A stretch of DNA of 64,000 nt, taken from the NCBI GenBank assembly GCA_035498875.1, contig DATJZP010000061.1, positions 172,614-236,613 on the forward strand. The letters are read 5' to 3'. The position numbers and the translations under genes are program-made. The stretch's first letter is position 1; each line of letters starts with the position of its first letter. The notes under the pieces were generated by a model, which was not told the origin of the DNA, searched no databases, and was given only the letters and a program-made list of their open reading frames with translations. The DNA comes from Myxococcota bacterium (GTDB lineage Bacteria > Myxococcota_A > UBA9160 > SZUA-336). Below are positions 28,112 through 36,968 of the stretch, in pieces.

Positions 28112-28128
28112 CGCGAGAAATTCTCGCG
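28112..28128. promoter_or_regulatory. Perfect 17-bp palindrome CGCGAGAA-A-TTCTCGCG in the ligD divergent promoter region
   Basis: The arms at 28112-28119 and 28121-28128 are exact reverse complements. The site lies 84 nt upstream of the ligD ATG and 79 nt upstream of the minus-strand secreted-protein gene. Confidence 0.45.
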
Positions 28129-28211
28129 GTCTCCTCGTGTAAGTTCCACACTCGGAGGCGCGTCCAGCCGACTCGCGGGCAAGAGCGCTCCCATCTTAGT
28201 ATCCGAGGCTC

Positions 28212-30737
28212 ATGGCCGATCTGAAGACCTACCGCGAGAAGCGGGACCCGAACGCGACGCCGGAGCCGTTCGGACTCGACGGCGAGGTGCGCGCGCTGCC
28301 GCCCAACGCCGCGCGCGCGTTCGTGATTCAGCAGCACGCCGCGCGCTCCATGCACTGGGACTTTCGCGTCGAGATCGACGGCGTGCTGGTGAGCTTCGCG
28401 ATCCCGAAGGGACCCACGTTGGACCCGAAGGAGAAACGCTTCGCCGCGCAGACCGAGGACCATCCGCTCGAGTACGCGGACTTCGAGGGAGTGATTCCCA
28501 AGGGCAACTACGGCGCGGGAGCGATGATCGTCTGGGACCGCGGCAGCTATCACACGGTCGAGGGACGCTCGCCGGCCGAGGGTCTGGCCGAAGGCAAGCT
28601 CGACCTGCAGCTCGCGGGTCACAAGCTGCGCGGCCGCTTCACGCTGGTGCGCATGAAGGGCGAGGGCGGCAAGAGCTGGCTCTGGCTGTCGAAGCGCAAG
28701 GGCAAGCTGGCCGAGGGCGAGATCGTCGAGAACGAGGCCGAGTCGGTGCTGTCGGGGCTCACCATCGACGAGCTGCGCGACGGCGTGAGTCGCACCGCCG
28801 AAGTCGAGTCACTCACCGACGCAGCCGCCGCGCCGCGGCGCGCGCTGCCGGACGCGGCGCTCGAACCGATGCTGGCCGAGGTCGCCGACGACGCCTTCAC
28901 CCGCGACGGCTGGCTGTTCGAGCTGAAGTACGACGGCGCGCGCGTGGTCGCGCAAAAGCGCGCCGACGGCAGCGCGCGGCTGGTGGCGCGCAGCGGGCGC
29001 GACGTGACCGAGGCCTATCCGGAGATCACGCGCGCGGTCCGACACCTTCCGGTGTCGGAGTGCGCGATCGACGGCGAAGTGGTCGCGCTCGACGACTCGG
29101 GCCGCGCCTCGTTCGAGCGGCTGCAGCCCCGTTTCCGCAACCTGCCCACGCCGCGCAGCGAGGTCGACGTGCCGCTGGTCTTCTACGCCTTCGACGCGCT
29201 GTCGGCGGCGGGCCGGGACCTGCGCGGGCTGCCGCTGGTGTCGCGCAAGGAGATCCTCTCCCGCTTCGCGCCGCGGCTCGGCTTCGTGCGCTTCTCGGAC
29301 CACGTGCTCGGCGCCGGCCAGGCGCTGCTCGAGGCGGCGCGCGCCAACCAGCTCGAGGGCATCGTCGCCAAGCGCTGTGACTCGCGCTACGAGAGCGGCC
29401 GGCGCTCGAAGAGCTGGCTGAAGATCAAGCTGCCGCGCAGCTCGCTCCTGGCGATCGTCGGCTACAACCTTGGCAAGGGCTCGCGCGAGTCACTGGGCTC
29501 GGTGCTGCTGGCCTGGCGCCGCGATGGCGCCTGGACCTACGCGGGCAGCGCCGGCTCGGGCCTGGCCGAGGACTCGAGCGCGAAGCTGCAGCAGGCGCTC
29601 GATCCGCTGCGCGTGGCGAAACCCGAGTTCGCCGGCGAGCCGCCGAGCAAGGGCGTCGTCTTCGTGCGGCCCGAGCTCGTGTGCGAGGTGCGCTACACCG
29701 AAGTCACGAGCGCCGGAGGCCTGCTGCGCCAGCCGGTGTTCGTGCGCTTGCGGCCCGATGCCAAGCTCGAAGACTGCGTCGCCCCGGCGGAGCTGAACGC
29801 CGCCGCGCCGGAGGCCGTTCCTGCGCCCGCAGCCAGGAAGCCAGCGGACGACGGCCAGCCGCGACTCACTCGGCTCGAAAAGGTGTTCTGGCCGGTCGAG
29901 GGCTACACCAAAGGCGACCTGCTGGCGTACTACGAGGCGGTCTGGCCCTGGCTCGGTCCGTACCTGCGCGACCGGCCGCTGGTGCTCACGCGCTACCCCG
30001 ACGGCATCGAGGGCAAGTCCTTCTACCAGAAGAACGCGCCCGACTTCACGCCCGACTGGGTGCTGCGCCAGCAGATCGAGGGCACCGACTACTTCATCTG
30101 CAACGAGCTCCGGACGCTCCTGCACGTGATCAACTCGGGCGCGATTCCGCTCCACGTCTGGAGCTCGCGCGCCCAGGCGCTCGACCGCCCCGACTGGCTG
30201 ATCCTCGACCTCGACCCGAAGCAGGCGCCGTTCGCGCACGTGGTCCAGGTCGCGCGGCACATCCACGACCTGCTCGAGGAGCTTGGCGCGAGTCACTTCG
30301 TGAAGACCTCGGGCCAGGACGGGCTGCACGTGCTGCTGCCGCTGGGTCAGTCACTCGACCACGACGACGCGCGGCGCCTGGCCGAGGTGCTGGCGCGCGC
30401 GGTGGTGGCCGACCTGCCCAAGATCTCGACCATCACCCGGCCGGTCGCCGCGCGCGGGGAGCGCGTGTACGTCGACTATCTGCAGAACGGCCGCGGCAAG
30501 CTGATCGCATCGATCTTCTCGGTGCGGCCGCGCCCGCACGCGCCGGTCTCGATGCCGCTCGAGTGGAAGCAGGTGAGCGCGCGGCTCGACCCCACGAAGT
30601 TCACGATCAAGACCGCGCCCGCGCGGCTGGAGAAGAGCGGAGACCCATTCGCGGGCGTGCTCGGTCCCGGAGTCGACGCGGTCGGGCTCTTGGGCGCGCT
30701 GGTCGAGAGACTCTCGAAGAAATCCGCAAAGGAGTGA
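28212..30737 (+). CDS. ligD: ATP-dependent DNA ligase D (phosphoesterase-ligase-polymerase/primase)
   Basis: The PE domain reads FVIQQHAARSMHWDFRVEIDG. Ligase motif I is ELKYDGAR. The C-terminal Pol domain reads KVFWPVEGYTKGDLLAYYEAVWPWLGPYLRDRPLVLTRYPDGI. Confidence 0.9.
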   Translation: MADLKTYREKRDPNATPEPFGLDGEVRALPPNAARAFVIQQHAARSMHWDFRVEIDGVLVSFAIPKGPTLDPKEKRFAAQTEDHPLEYADFEGVIPKGNYGAGAMIVWDRGSYHTVEGRSPAEGLAEGKLDLQLAGHKLRGRFTLVRMKGEGGKSWLWLSKRKGKLAEGEIVENEAESVLSGLTIDELRDGVSRTAEVESLTDAAAAPRRALPDAALEPMLAEVADDAFTRDGWLFELKYDGARVVAQKRADGSARLVARSGRDVTEAYPEITRAVRHLPVSECAIDGEVVALDDSGRASFERLQPRFRNLPTPRSEVDVPLVFYAFDALSAAGRDLRGLPLVSRKEILSRFAPRLGFVRFSDHVLGAGQALLEAARANQLEGIVAKRCDSRYESGRRSKSWLKIKLPRSSLLAIVGYNLGKGSRESLGSVLLAWRRDGAWTYAGSAGSGLAEDSSAKLQQALDPLRVAKPEFAGEPPSKGVVFVRPELVCEVRYTEVTSAGGLLRQPVFVRLRPDAKLEDCVAPAELNAAAPEAVPAPAARKPADDGQPRLTRLEKVFWPVEGYTKGDLLAYYEAVWPWLGPYLRDRPLVLTRYPDGIEGKSFYQKNAPDFTPDWVLRQQIEGTDYFICNELRTLLHVINSGAIPLHVWSSRAQALDRPDWLILDLDPKQAPFAHVVQVARHIHDLLEELGASHFVKTSGQDGLHVLLPLGQSLDHDDARRLAEVLARAVVADLPKISTITRPVAARGERVYVDYLQNGRGKLIASIFSVRPRPHAPVSMPLEWKQVSARLDPTKFTIKTAPARLEKSGDPFAGVLGPGVDAVGLLGALVERLSKKSAKE

Positions 30738-30740
30738 ACG

Positions 30741-31343
30741 ATGGATGCGATCGAAGCCCTGACCACGACCCGTGCGATGCGCCGGCTCAAGCCCGACCCC
30801 GTTCCCGAAGCGCTGCTCAAGCAGGTGATTCACGCCGCCACTTGTGCCTCGAGTCCGGGCAACTCCCAAGGCTGGGACTTCGTGGTGGTGCGCGACCCGG
30901 GCCAGCGCAAGCGCATCGGCGACGTGGTGCGCGAGCAGGTGCTGCCCCGGCTGGTGCCGATTCCCGAGGCGGCGGGCCCGGGCGCCTCGCGCGATCGCAT
31001 GCTGCGCGGCGCGCATCACCTGGCGAATCACTTCGACCAGGCGCCGGTGGTCGTCTTCGTGTGCGGGGCCTCGATCTACCCGCCCGGGAACCCGATGGAG
31101 CTGTTCGTGCCCGCGGCGCTCTACCCGGCGGCCCAGAACTTGATCGTGGCGGCGCGTGCGCTCGGCCTGGGCACGGTCTTCACCACCTTCCACATGATGT
31201 GCGAGCCCGAGATCCGCGAGATACTCGGGGTGCCGCAGACTCACCGGATCCAGGTCACGATCCCGCTGGGCTGGCCCGAGGGCCGCTTCGGCCCGGTGAA
31301 GCGCAAGCCGGTGGAGCAGGTGATTCACTGGGACCGGTTCTAG
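30741..31343 (+). CDS. Nitroreductase family protein
   Basis: Sequence MDAIEALTTTRAMRRLKPDPVPEALLKQVIHAATCASSPGNSQGWDFVVV. Confidence 0.8.
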   Translation: MDAIEALTTTRAMRRLKPDPVPEALLKQVIHAATCASSPGNSQGWDFVVVRDPGQRKRIGDVVREQVLPRLVPIPEAAGPGASRDRMLRGAHHLANHFDQAPVVVFVCGASIYPPGNPMELFVPAALYPAAQNLIVAARALGLGTVFTTFHMMCEPEIREILGVPQTHRIQVTIPLGWPEGRFGPVKRKPVEQVIHWDRF

Positions 31344-31412
31344 CGAGCTCGCGGGCGCGGGTTGGCGCCTGCGCCCGGGCCTGTGCGAAGATCGCCAGGA
31401 ACGGAGCACCCC

Positions 31413-32030
31413 ATGATTCCCGCCCGCGAAGCACTCACTCTCTTGCGCGAAGGCAACCGCCGGTTCGTCTCAGGCGTGCGCAACGCCGACACGCTGCTCA
31501 CTCACACGCGCCGGGCGGAGCTGGCCAAGGCGCAGGAGCCGTTCGCCATCATCCTGGGCTGCTCCGACTCGCGCGTTCCGGCCGAGATCGTGTTCGACCA
31601 GGGGCTGGGCGACCTGTTCGTGATCCGCGTCGCCGGCAACATCGTCGCGCCGTCGCAGATCGGCAGCGTCGAGTTCGCGGCCGAGCGCTCGGGCTCGCGG
31701 CTGGTGGTGGTGCTGGGACACACGCAGTGCGGCGCGATCCTGGCCACGCTGGAGGCGCTGCGCGAGCCCAGCGCCAACCAATCGCGCAACCTGCGCTCGA
31801 TCGTCGACCGGGTGCGGCCCTCGGTCGAGGGCCTGTATTCGGTGCTGCGTCACGACTCCGAGGCACTGGTGCGCGCCGCGGTGCGCGCCAACGTGGGCAT
31901 CTCGGTCAGTCACTTGCGCCACGGCTCCGAGCTGCTCGAGAGCTTGATCGAGCGCGATGGCTTGATCGTCGTGGGCGCCGAGTACGACCTCGAGACGGGC
32001 GTGGTCGAATTCTTCGACGTCGGCGAGTGA
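31413..32030 (+). CDS. Beta-class carbonic anhydrase
   Basis: The ATG at 31413 gives LREGNRRFVSG...ILGCSDSRVPAEIVFDQGLGDLFVIRVAGN...VLGHTQCGA. Confidence 0.85.
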   Translation: MIPAREALTLLREGNRRFVSGVRNADTLLTHTRRAELAKAQEPFAIILGCSDSRVPAEIVFDQGLGDLFVIRVAGNIVAPSQIGSVEFAAERSGSRLVVVLGHTQCGAILATLEALREPSANQSRNLRSIVDRVRPSVEGLYSVLRHDSEALVRAAVRANVGISVSHLRHGSELLESLIERDGLIVVGAEYDLETGVVEFFDVGE

Positions 32031-32031
32031 C

Positions 32032-32484
32032 GTGACGAGGCTCGTCCTCGCTCTCGCGGCCGCACTGTGGGCGGCCGCGCCCGACCAGCCGGCCGCGCCG
32101 ACCGAGCTGGCGGTGGGCCAGCACTGGACCTACCAGACGCGCCCCGAGGACGCCGGCTCGACCCTGGTGATCGGCAAGATCGACGAGGTCCCCGAGATCG
32201 GGAAGGTCATCCACGTGCACGTGATCGACGTGAACATCCCGAACTCGAAGGCGCCGGGCGGTATGAGTCACACGATCAGCCACATGCCCTTCACCGAAGA
32301 TGCCTTCCGGGCCAGCATCAAGAGCCTGATCGGCACGGCTCCCGCAGACGGTCGCTTCGACGCGGGCTACGACGCCTGGAAGAAGGCCAAGGGCGGCGTG
32401 TTCACCGTGCCCGTGAGCCAGGCGGTCGACGCGATGGACAAGACCATAAACCCACCGCCGGATGCGAAGCCGCCGGCGAAGTAG
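32032..32484 (+). CDS. Secreted hypothetical protein
   Basis: The signal-like N-terminus is MTRLVLALAAALWAAAP. I recognise no family. Confidence 0.55.
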   Translation: MTRLVLALAAALWAAAPDQPAAPTELAVGQHWTYQTRPEDAGSTLVIGKIDEVPEIGKVIHVHVIDVNIPNSKAPGGMSHTISHMPFTEDAFRASIKSLIGTAPADGRFDAGYDAWKKAKGGVFTVPVSQAVDAMDKTINPPPDAKPPAK

Positions 32485-32487
32485 TTC

Positions 32488-34071
32488 TTAGTCATAGATG
32501 CCGTCCGCGAACCACGAGTCACTCGCGAGGTCGTGGTACAGGCGGTACAGGCCGCCGTCGGAGAGCTCGACGTCCCAGTAGTCGCGCGCGAAGCGGCTCT
32601 CGCCCCACCACTCGCCGAACAGCCGCCAGGGGCCGGCGGTGTGGAGCACGCGTCCGCCTTCGCCCTCCTCCGCTTGCGGCGAGAGTGACACGTAGACCGG
32701 CGGATCGGAGCCGGGCACCGCGCCGCCGGGCCGCGCGGGCCTGGCGCGCCCCGCTCCGTACACGCGCACCGGCCGCGGGGGGCGGAGCGCGCGCAGGGCG
32801 ATCACGCCGCGGCGTGGCGGCTCGCGGCTCTCGCGTGTAGCCGACTCGCGCCGCCGCTCGTGCGCGAGCCGGAACTCGACCAGCGCGGCCGCGTCCATCT
32901 GATGGGTGTCTTCGACGCGCGGCGCGCCGACCTGGCCCGCGCCGCAGAGTGACTCGATGCGGGCGATCGCCACCGCCAGCTCGCCCGGCGACGGCAGCGG
33001 CGGCAGGAACAAGTCGAGCTGCGCGGTCTCGACGCTGTCCGGGGTCGCGATCGCGCGGATCGACAGCACGCCCTCGGCGGGCGGATGGCGCTCGAGCTCG
33101 AGCCGCGCCAGCCCGAGCAGCACGTGGGTCTCGAGCGTGGGCGCGGCCAGGCCGAGCTCGCGCACCACCTGCGCGCCGCTCTCGAGCCCGAGCTCGAGCC
33201 GCAGCCGGCGCAGCGCCAGCCCGCGCAGGCGCACGCGCCGCACGAGTCTCTCGCACAGCGCGCGCAGCAGGAACGACAGCGGCTCGAGGTTCGCGATCGC
33301 CCAGTCCGACTCGGCGACCTCTTCGAAGCGCAACAGCGGCGGATGCTGGCGGAAGGGTGCGAGGTCCTCGCCGTTGGCCCGGCGCGCCAGCCGCACGCCC
33401 GCTTCGCCGAGCCGTCCGCCGAGGGCGTCGCGCGGGATGCGCGCGAGCTGCCCGAGCGTGCGCACGCCCCAGTGAGTGAGTCGGCTGGCCAGCTCGGTCG
33501 GGGGATCGAGCAGGTCGAGCGGCAGCGGCACGAGAAAGCTCGCGGCCTCCTCGGCGCGCAGGATGCGACCGCCCTCGCGGTGGCGCGCCGCCAGCTCGGC
33601 GACCGTGCGGGTGGGACCGATGCCCAGGCGCACGCCGGCGGGCGCGCTGGGGCCCGCATCGCGCGCGAGCGCGAAGCCCACGTCGCCGAGCCGGGTCTCG
33701 AGCGCCGTGAGCAGCCCGCGTTCCGTGGGAAAGAGTGACTGCGTACCGGCCAGGTCGATGAACACCAGGCCGGGCGAAGCCGACATCACGCGCGGCGAGA
33801 CCGAGGTCGCCACGTCGAGCAGCGCCTGCTCGGCCGAGCGCATGCCTTCGAGCGAGAAGCTGCGCACCTCGAGCGCGGGCTCGACCGCTCGCGCCTGCGC
33901 GACGGTCAGCCCTCGGAAGCTCCCCGCGACGATGGTCGGGCTCTGCGTGGAGCGCGCTTTTCGCTCGCGCTGCTCCACGACCGCCACCCGCTTCGCAGCG
34001 AGCTCGGGCTCCGCCCGAAGCGCTGCCGCGAGTGGCAGATCCGCGAGAACGAGACAGGCAAAGCGTTCCAT
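32488..34071 (-). CDS. imuB: ImuB (Y-family polymerase-like mutasome subunit)
   Basis: The N-terminus MERFACLVLADLPLAAALRAEPEL is typical of ImuB. The protein is 527 aa with a Y-family fold-like middle (GIGPTRTVAELAARH, HWGVRTLGQLARIP). Confidence 0.8.
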   Translation of the reverse strand: MERFACLVLADLPLAAALRAEPELAAKRVAVVEQRERKARSTQSPTIVAGSFRGLTVAQARAVEPALEVRSFSLEGMRSAEQALLDVATSVSPRVMSASPGLVFIDLAGTQSLFPTERGLLTALETRLGDVGFALARDAGPSAPAGVRLGIGPTRTVAELAARHREGGRILRAEEAASFLVPLPLDLLDPPTELASRLTHWGVRTLGQLARIPRDALGGRLGEAGVRLARRANGEDLAPFRQHPPLLRFEEVAESDWAIANLEPLSFLLRALCERLVRRVRLRGLALRRLRLELGLESGAQVVRELGLAAPTLETHVLLGLARLELERHPPAEGVLSIRAIATPDSVETAQLDLFLPPLPSPGELAVAIARIESLCGAGQVGAPRVEDTHQMDAAALVEFRLAHERRRESATRESREPPRRGVIALRALRPPRPVRVYGAGRARPARPGGAVPGSDPPVYVSLSPQAEEGEGGRVLHTAGPWRLFGEWWGESRFARDYWDVELSDGGLYRLYHDLASDSWFADGIYD

Positions 34072-34170
34072 GGCTCCGAACCGGTCCCCGGCTCGAGCGA
34101 GAGAGCCTCGCCGCCGGGGTAGTTTCCGTTGTCCGCCATCTCAGCCCCTCTTTCGCTGTTTGTTCGAATC

Positions 34171-34202
34171 GATTTTCGCTCGATTTTCGCCCTGGCGTCA
34201 AG
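34171..34202 (-). promoter_or_regulatory. Candidate operator/promoter of imuB: second copy of the GCGAAAAT-N3-GCGAAAATCG element next to TTGACG
   Basis: The plus strand reads GATTTTCGCTCGATTTTCGCCCTGGCGTCAAG. The units lie at 34172-34179 and 34183-34190, an 11-bp period. The same architecture occurs at 14925-14954. Confidence 0.55.
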
Positions 34203-34245
34203 CCCCCTTCCCGAGGCCCCCCTCCCAGCTGGTAGCCTCGCGTGG

Positions 34246-34587
34246 ATGAGCGACTCACTCCCGCTCGCCGAGCTCGTGCGCCGCAACGCGCGCATCGATG
34301 CGCTCGGCGCGGCCTGGGCCCTGCCCGCGCTGCTCGTGCCGTTCGTGCTGTACGCGCAGGGAGTTCCGCGCGACAACGCCTGGCCGCTCGGCCTCGGCAT
34401 CGGCCTGGCGGTGATCCTGCCCGCGACTCACGTGGCGCTGTTCACGCTGCCCCAGGGCACGCAGCGGCTGCGCGAGTTCCTGCGCTACTACGAGCTGCGC
34501 TGGGGCGTCGGTCACGGGTCACTCGCGCTCTTGTGTCTGCCGCTCGCGCTCTTGGGTCTGGTGTCGGCGCTCGAGCTCGCGCTGTGA
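34246..34587 (+). CDS. Small membrane protein
   Basis: The ATG at 34246 is followed by three hydrophobic segments. It overlaps the next gene by 4 nt. Confidence 0.55.
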   Translation: MSDSLPLAELVRRNARIDALGAAWALPALLVPFVLYAQGVPRDNAWPLGLGIGLAVILPATHVALFTLPQGTQRLREFLRYYELRWGVGHGSLALLCLPLALLGLVSALELAL

Positions 34588-35054
34588 GTGACGACGCGCG
34601 CGCCCAGTGGGACGCCAAGGTGCTGGGGGTGGGCTGCCCGCTGTGCGCGCCCCGCGCCGAGCGCAACGACGAGTGGGACTTCGTGGCGAAGCTCGGCATC
34701 GCGTCGCTCTATCTCGCCAGGAACCAGACCTATCGCGGGCAGTGTCTCCTGATCTTCGATCCTCGGCACGCCGCGCGCCCGGACGAGCTGTCGGCCGCGG
34801 AGTGGGCCACGTTCTCGGCCGATCTCCGCGCCAGCGCGAACGCCGTCATGCGCGCGACGCGCCCGGACCACGTGAACGTGGCGTCGCTCGGGAACGTCGT
34901 GCCGCACCTGCACTGGCACGTGATTCCGCGCTACGTCGGCGACGCGCGCTGGGGCGCGCCGATCTGGACCGACGACCTCGCGCAGATGCCGAAGACCCGG
35001 CTCGAGCCGACCGAGCAGGAGAAGCTGGTGAAGAAGCTGCGCGAGCAGCTCTAG
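34584..35054 (+). CDS. HIT family protein
   Basis: The start is GTG at 34584. The histidine triad reads NVVPHLHWHVIPR. Confidence 0.8.
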   Translation: MSDDARAQWDAKVLGVGCPLCAPRAERNDEWDFVAKLGIASLYLARNQTYRGQCLLIFDPRHAARPDELSAAEWATFSADLRASANAVMRATRPDHVNVASLGNVVPHLHWHVIPRYVGDARWGAPIWTDDLAQMPKTRLEPTEQEKLVKKLREQL

Positions 35055-35512
35055 CGCGCGAGCTGCACGTCGGCGCGAGTCACTCCCGCGGGCGTCACGC
35101 GCACCGCCGCGTCGTCGAACGAGGGCGGGCCCAGGAGCGCGTGGGCGCCGTTCGAGAAGCCGTAGCGCTCCGCGGGCAGGCCCAGGAAGTCGAAGTCCAT
35201 GTCGCCGTTCGCGTTGGCGTCGTGGACCACCGCCACCGCGTAGCGCCCCGGCGCCAGGTCGGGAAGAGTCACCGAGCCGCCGCGCTCGACGAGCGCGCGC
35301 GCTCCGATCCGGATCTCGGCCACCACGCCGCGCTCGGCGTACGGGAAGGTGGCGCGCTGCGCGCTGCCGAAGACTTCGATCTCCACGTCGCCGGCGTCGG
35401 ACTCGAGTCCCTGGATCGCGATCTCGAGTGTCGAGGCTCGCGCCGAGCTCGCGCCGGAAAGACTCGCGCAAGTGAGCAGCAGAAACAGCGCTCGCAGCAG
35501 GGTGGGGGGCAT
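35051..35512 (-). CDS. DUF2141 domain secreted protein
   Basis: A signal peptide is followed by LEIAIQGLESDAGDVEIEVF...YAVAVVHDANANGDMDFDFLGLPAERYGFSN. Confidence 0.75.
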   Translation of the reverse strand: MPPTLLRALFLLLTCASLSGASSARASTLEIAIQGLESDAGDVEIEVFGSAQRATFPYAERGVVAEIRIGARALVERGGSVTLPDLAPGRYAVAVVHDANANGDMDFDFLGLPAERYGFSNGAHALLGPPSFDDAAVRVTPAGVTRADVQLAR

Positions 35513-35622
35513 GGCGGGTGCGCAGCCGTATCGGCGCGCGCGCCCGGCGCTTGAGCGCGCCGGCCACTGCGTCCGAAAGCGGCGAGCCGCCCGCCGTCGT
35601 GCGAACCTAGACTGCCACAGCG

Positions 35623-36234
35623 ATGACCACCCCCCTGTTCCAGCCGGATCTGTTCGGCAAGGCGTTCGATCCGAGCCGCCGGCGCATCGAGCTTTCGGCG
35701 ACGTCGTGGATCGAGTGGCTGCCCGGCTGGCTCGAAGAGCCCGGCGCGCTGTTCGAGTGTCTGCGCGCGTCCCTGCCCTGGGAGCAGCGCGATCGCCGCA
35801 TGTACGAGAAGACGGTGACCGAGCCGCGACTCACCGCCGAGATCGCGGACGTCGCGCTGGCGCCCTCCAGCCTGCGCGCGGCCGCCGAGCGGCTGCATAC
35901 ACAGTATCGTGTATGGTACGACCACCTTTGGGTCAACTTCTACCGCGACGGCCGCGACAGCACCGCCTGGCACGGCGACCGGATCTCGTGCCGGCGCGAC
36001 GACTGCATCGTGCCGGTGCTGACCCTGGGCGCGACGCGGCGCTTCCTGATCAAGCCGCGCGACGGCGGTCCGGCGCAGGCGCTCTGGCCCGATTCGGGCG
36101 ACCTGGTCGTGATGGGCGGCCGTTGCCAGGTCGACTGGGTGCACTCGGTGCCCAAGGCGCCCGACGTCGGCGCCCCGCGCATCAGCGTCAACTTCCAGAG
36201 TTCGGAGCAGTCGCGAGTGACCCGGCGCCGCTAG
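35623..36234 (+). CDS. alkB: Alpha-ketoglutarate/Fe(II)-dependent dioxygenase AlkB
   Basis: Contains WHGD (H-x-D), VHSVPK (distal His) and RISVNFQ (Arg-x-N-x-x-F) motifs. The N-terminus is LFQPDLFG. Confidence 0.8.
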   Translation: MTTPLFQPDLFGKAFDPSRRRIELSATSWIEWLPGWLEEPGALFECLRASLPWEQRDRRMYEKTVTEPRLTAEIADVALAPSSLRAAAERLHTQYRVWYDHLWVNFYRDGRDSTAWHGDRISCRRDDCIVPVLTLGATRRFLIKPRDGGPAQALWPDSGDLVVMGGRCQVDWVHSVPKAPDVGAPRISVNFQSSEQSRVTRRR

Positions 36235-36257
36235 CGCGCTTTGGTACGTTCCGCGCG

Positions 36258-36959
36258 GTGAACGAAGAGAGCGTGGAGCTGCGCCCCGGCGCGCAGGCCG
36301 AGACCGAGGGCGAGCTCTCGGTGATTCCTCTTTCGGTCTTCCGGCCCGACGCCGCGCCGCGCGCGGTGGTGCTGGTCGGCCACGGGCTCGGCGCCGACCG
36401 CAGTCACTCGAGCGTGCGACTGCCGGCGGAGATCCTGGTCGAGCGCTTCGGGCTCGCGGTGGTGGCGCCGGATCTACCCCGACACGGCGCACGCAAGGAA
36501 GGCGGGACAGACCCGAGCGAGGCCTGGCAGACGTTCTGGAGCTCGGGTGGCCCCGCGGCCCTGCGCGACGAGTGGCTGCGCATCCTGGGCTTCGCGCGCG
36601 AGCGCTTCGCCGGCGCACGGGCCGGATACTACGGGCTCGCGCTCGCGACTCACTACGGGATCGTGTTCCTGGCGAACGCCCCGCAGCTGGGGGCGGCCGT
36701 GCTCGGTCTGTGCGGCGCCGAGCCCGAGCCCAAGTCGGCGATCCTCCACGCCTGCGCGCCGCGCGTGCGCTGTCCCGTGCACTTCCTGCAGAAGCAGGAC
36801 GACGAGCTGCAGCCGCGCGTGGCCACGGATCGCCTGTACGCCGAGCTCGGCAGCCCCGAGAAGTCGCTCGACTCGAGCCCGGGCCGGCACGCGGACGTGA
36901 CTCCCGAGAGCGTCGCGCGCGCCTGCGCGTTCCTCGCGAAACAGCTGGCGGGAGTGTAG
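36258..36959 (+). CDS. Alpha/beta hydrolase family protein
   Basis: Sequence VVLVGHGLGADRSH...YYGLALATHYG. The start is uncertain; GTG at 36258 is the first in-frame start after alkB. Confidence 0.6.
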   Translation: MNEESVELRPGAQAETEGELSVIPLSVFRPDAAPRAVVLVGHGLGADRSHSSVRLPAEILVERFGLAVVAPDLPRHGARKEGGTDPSEAWQTFWSSGGPAALRDEWLRILGFARERFAGARAGYYGLALATHYGIVFLANAPQLGAAVLGLCGAEPEPKSAILHACAPRVRCPVHFLQKQDDELQPRVATDRLYAELGSPEKSLDSSPGRHADVTPESVARACAFLAKQLAGV

Positions 36960-36968
36960 TCTCTGGCC

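Noticed and set aside
33906-34400. 164-aa minus-strand ORF in the position where imuA would be expected upstream of imuB.
   Set aside because: It overlaps imuB by 165 nt in another frame. It has no RecA-like or ImuA-like motifs and a Ser/Arg-rich composition. Only its first 23 or so codons (from ATG 34138) lie in the leader and could at best be a uORF.
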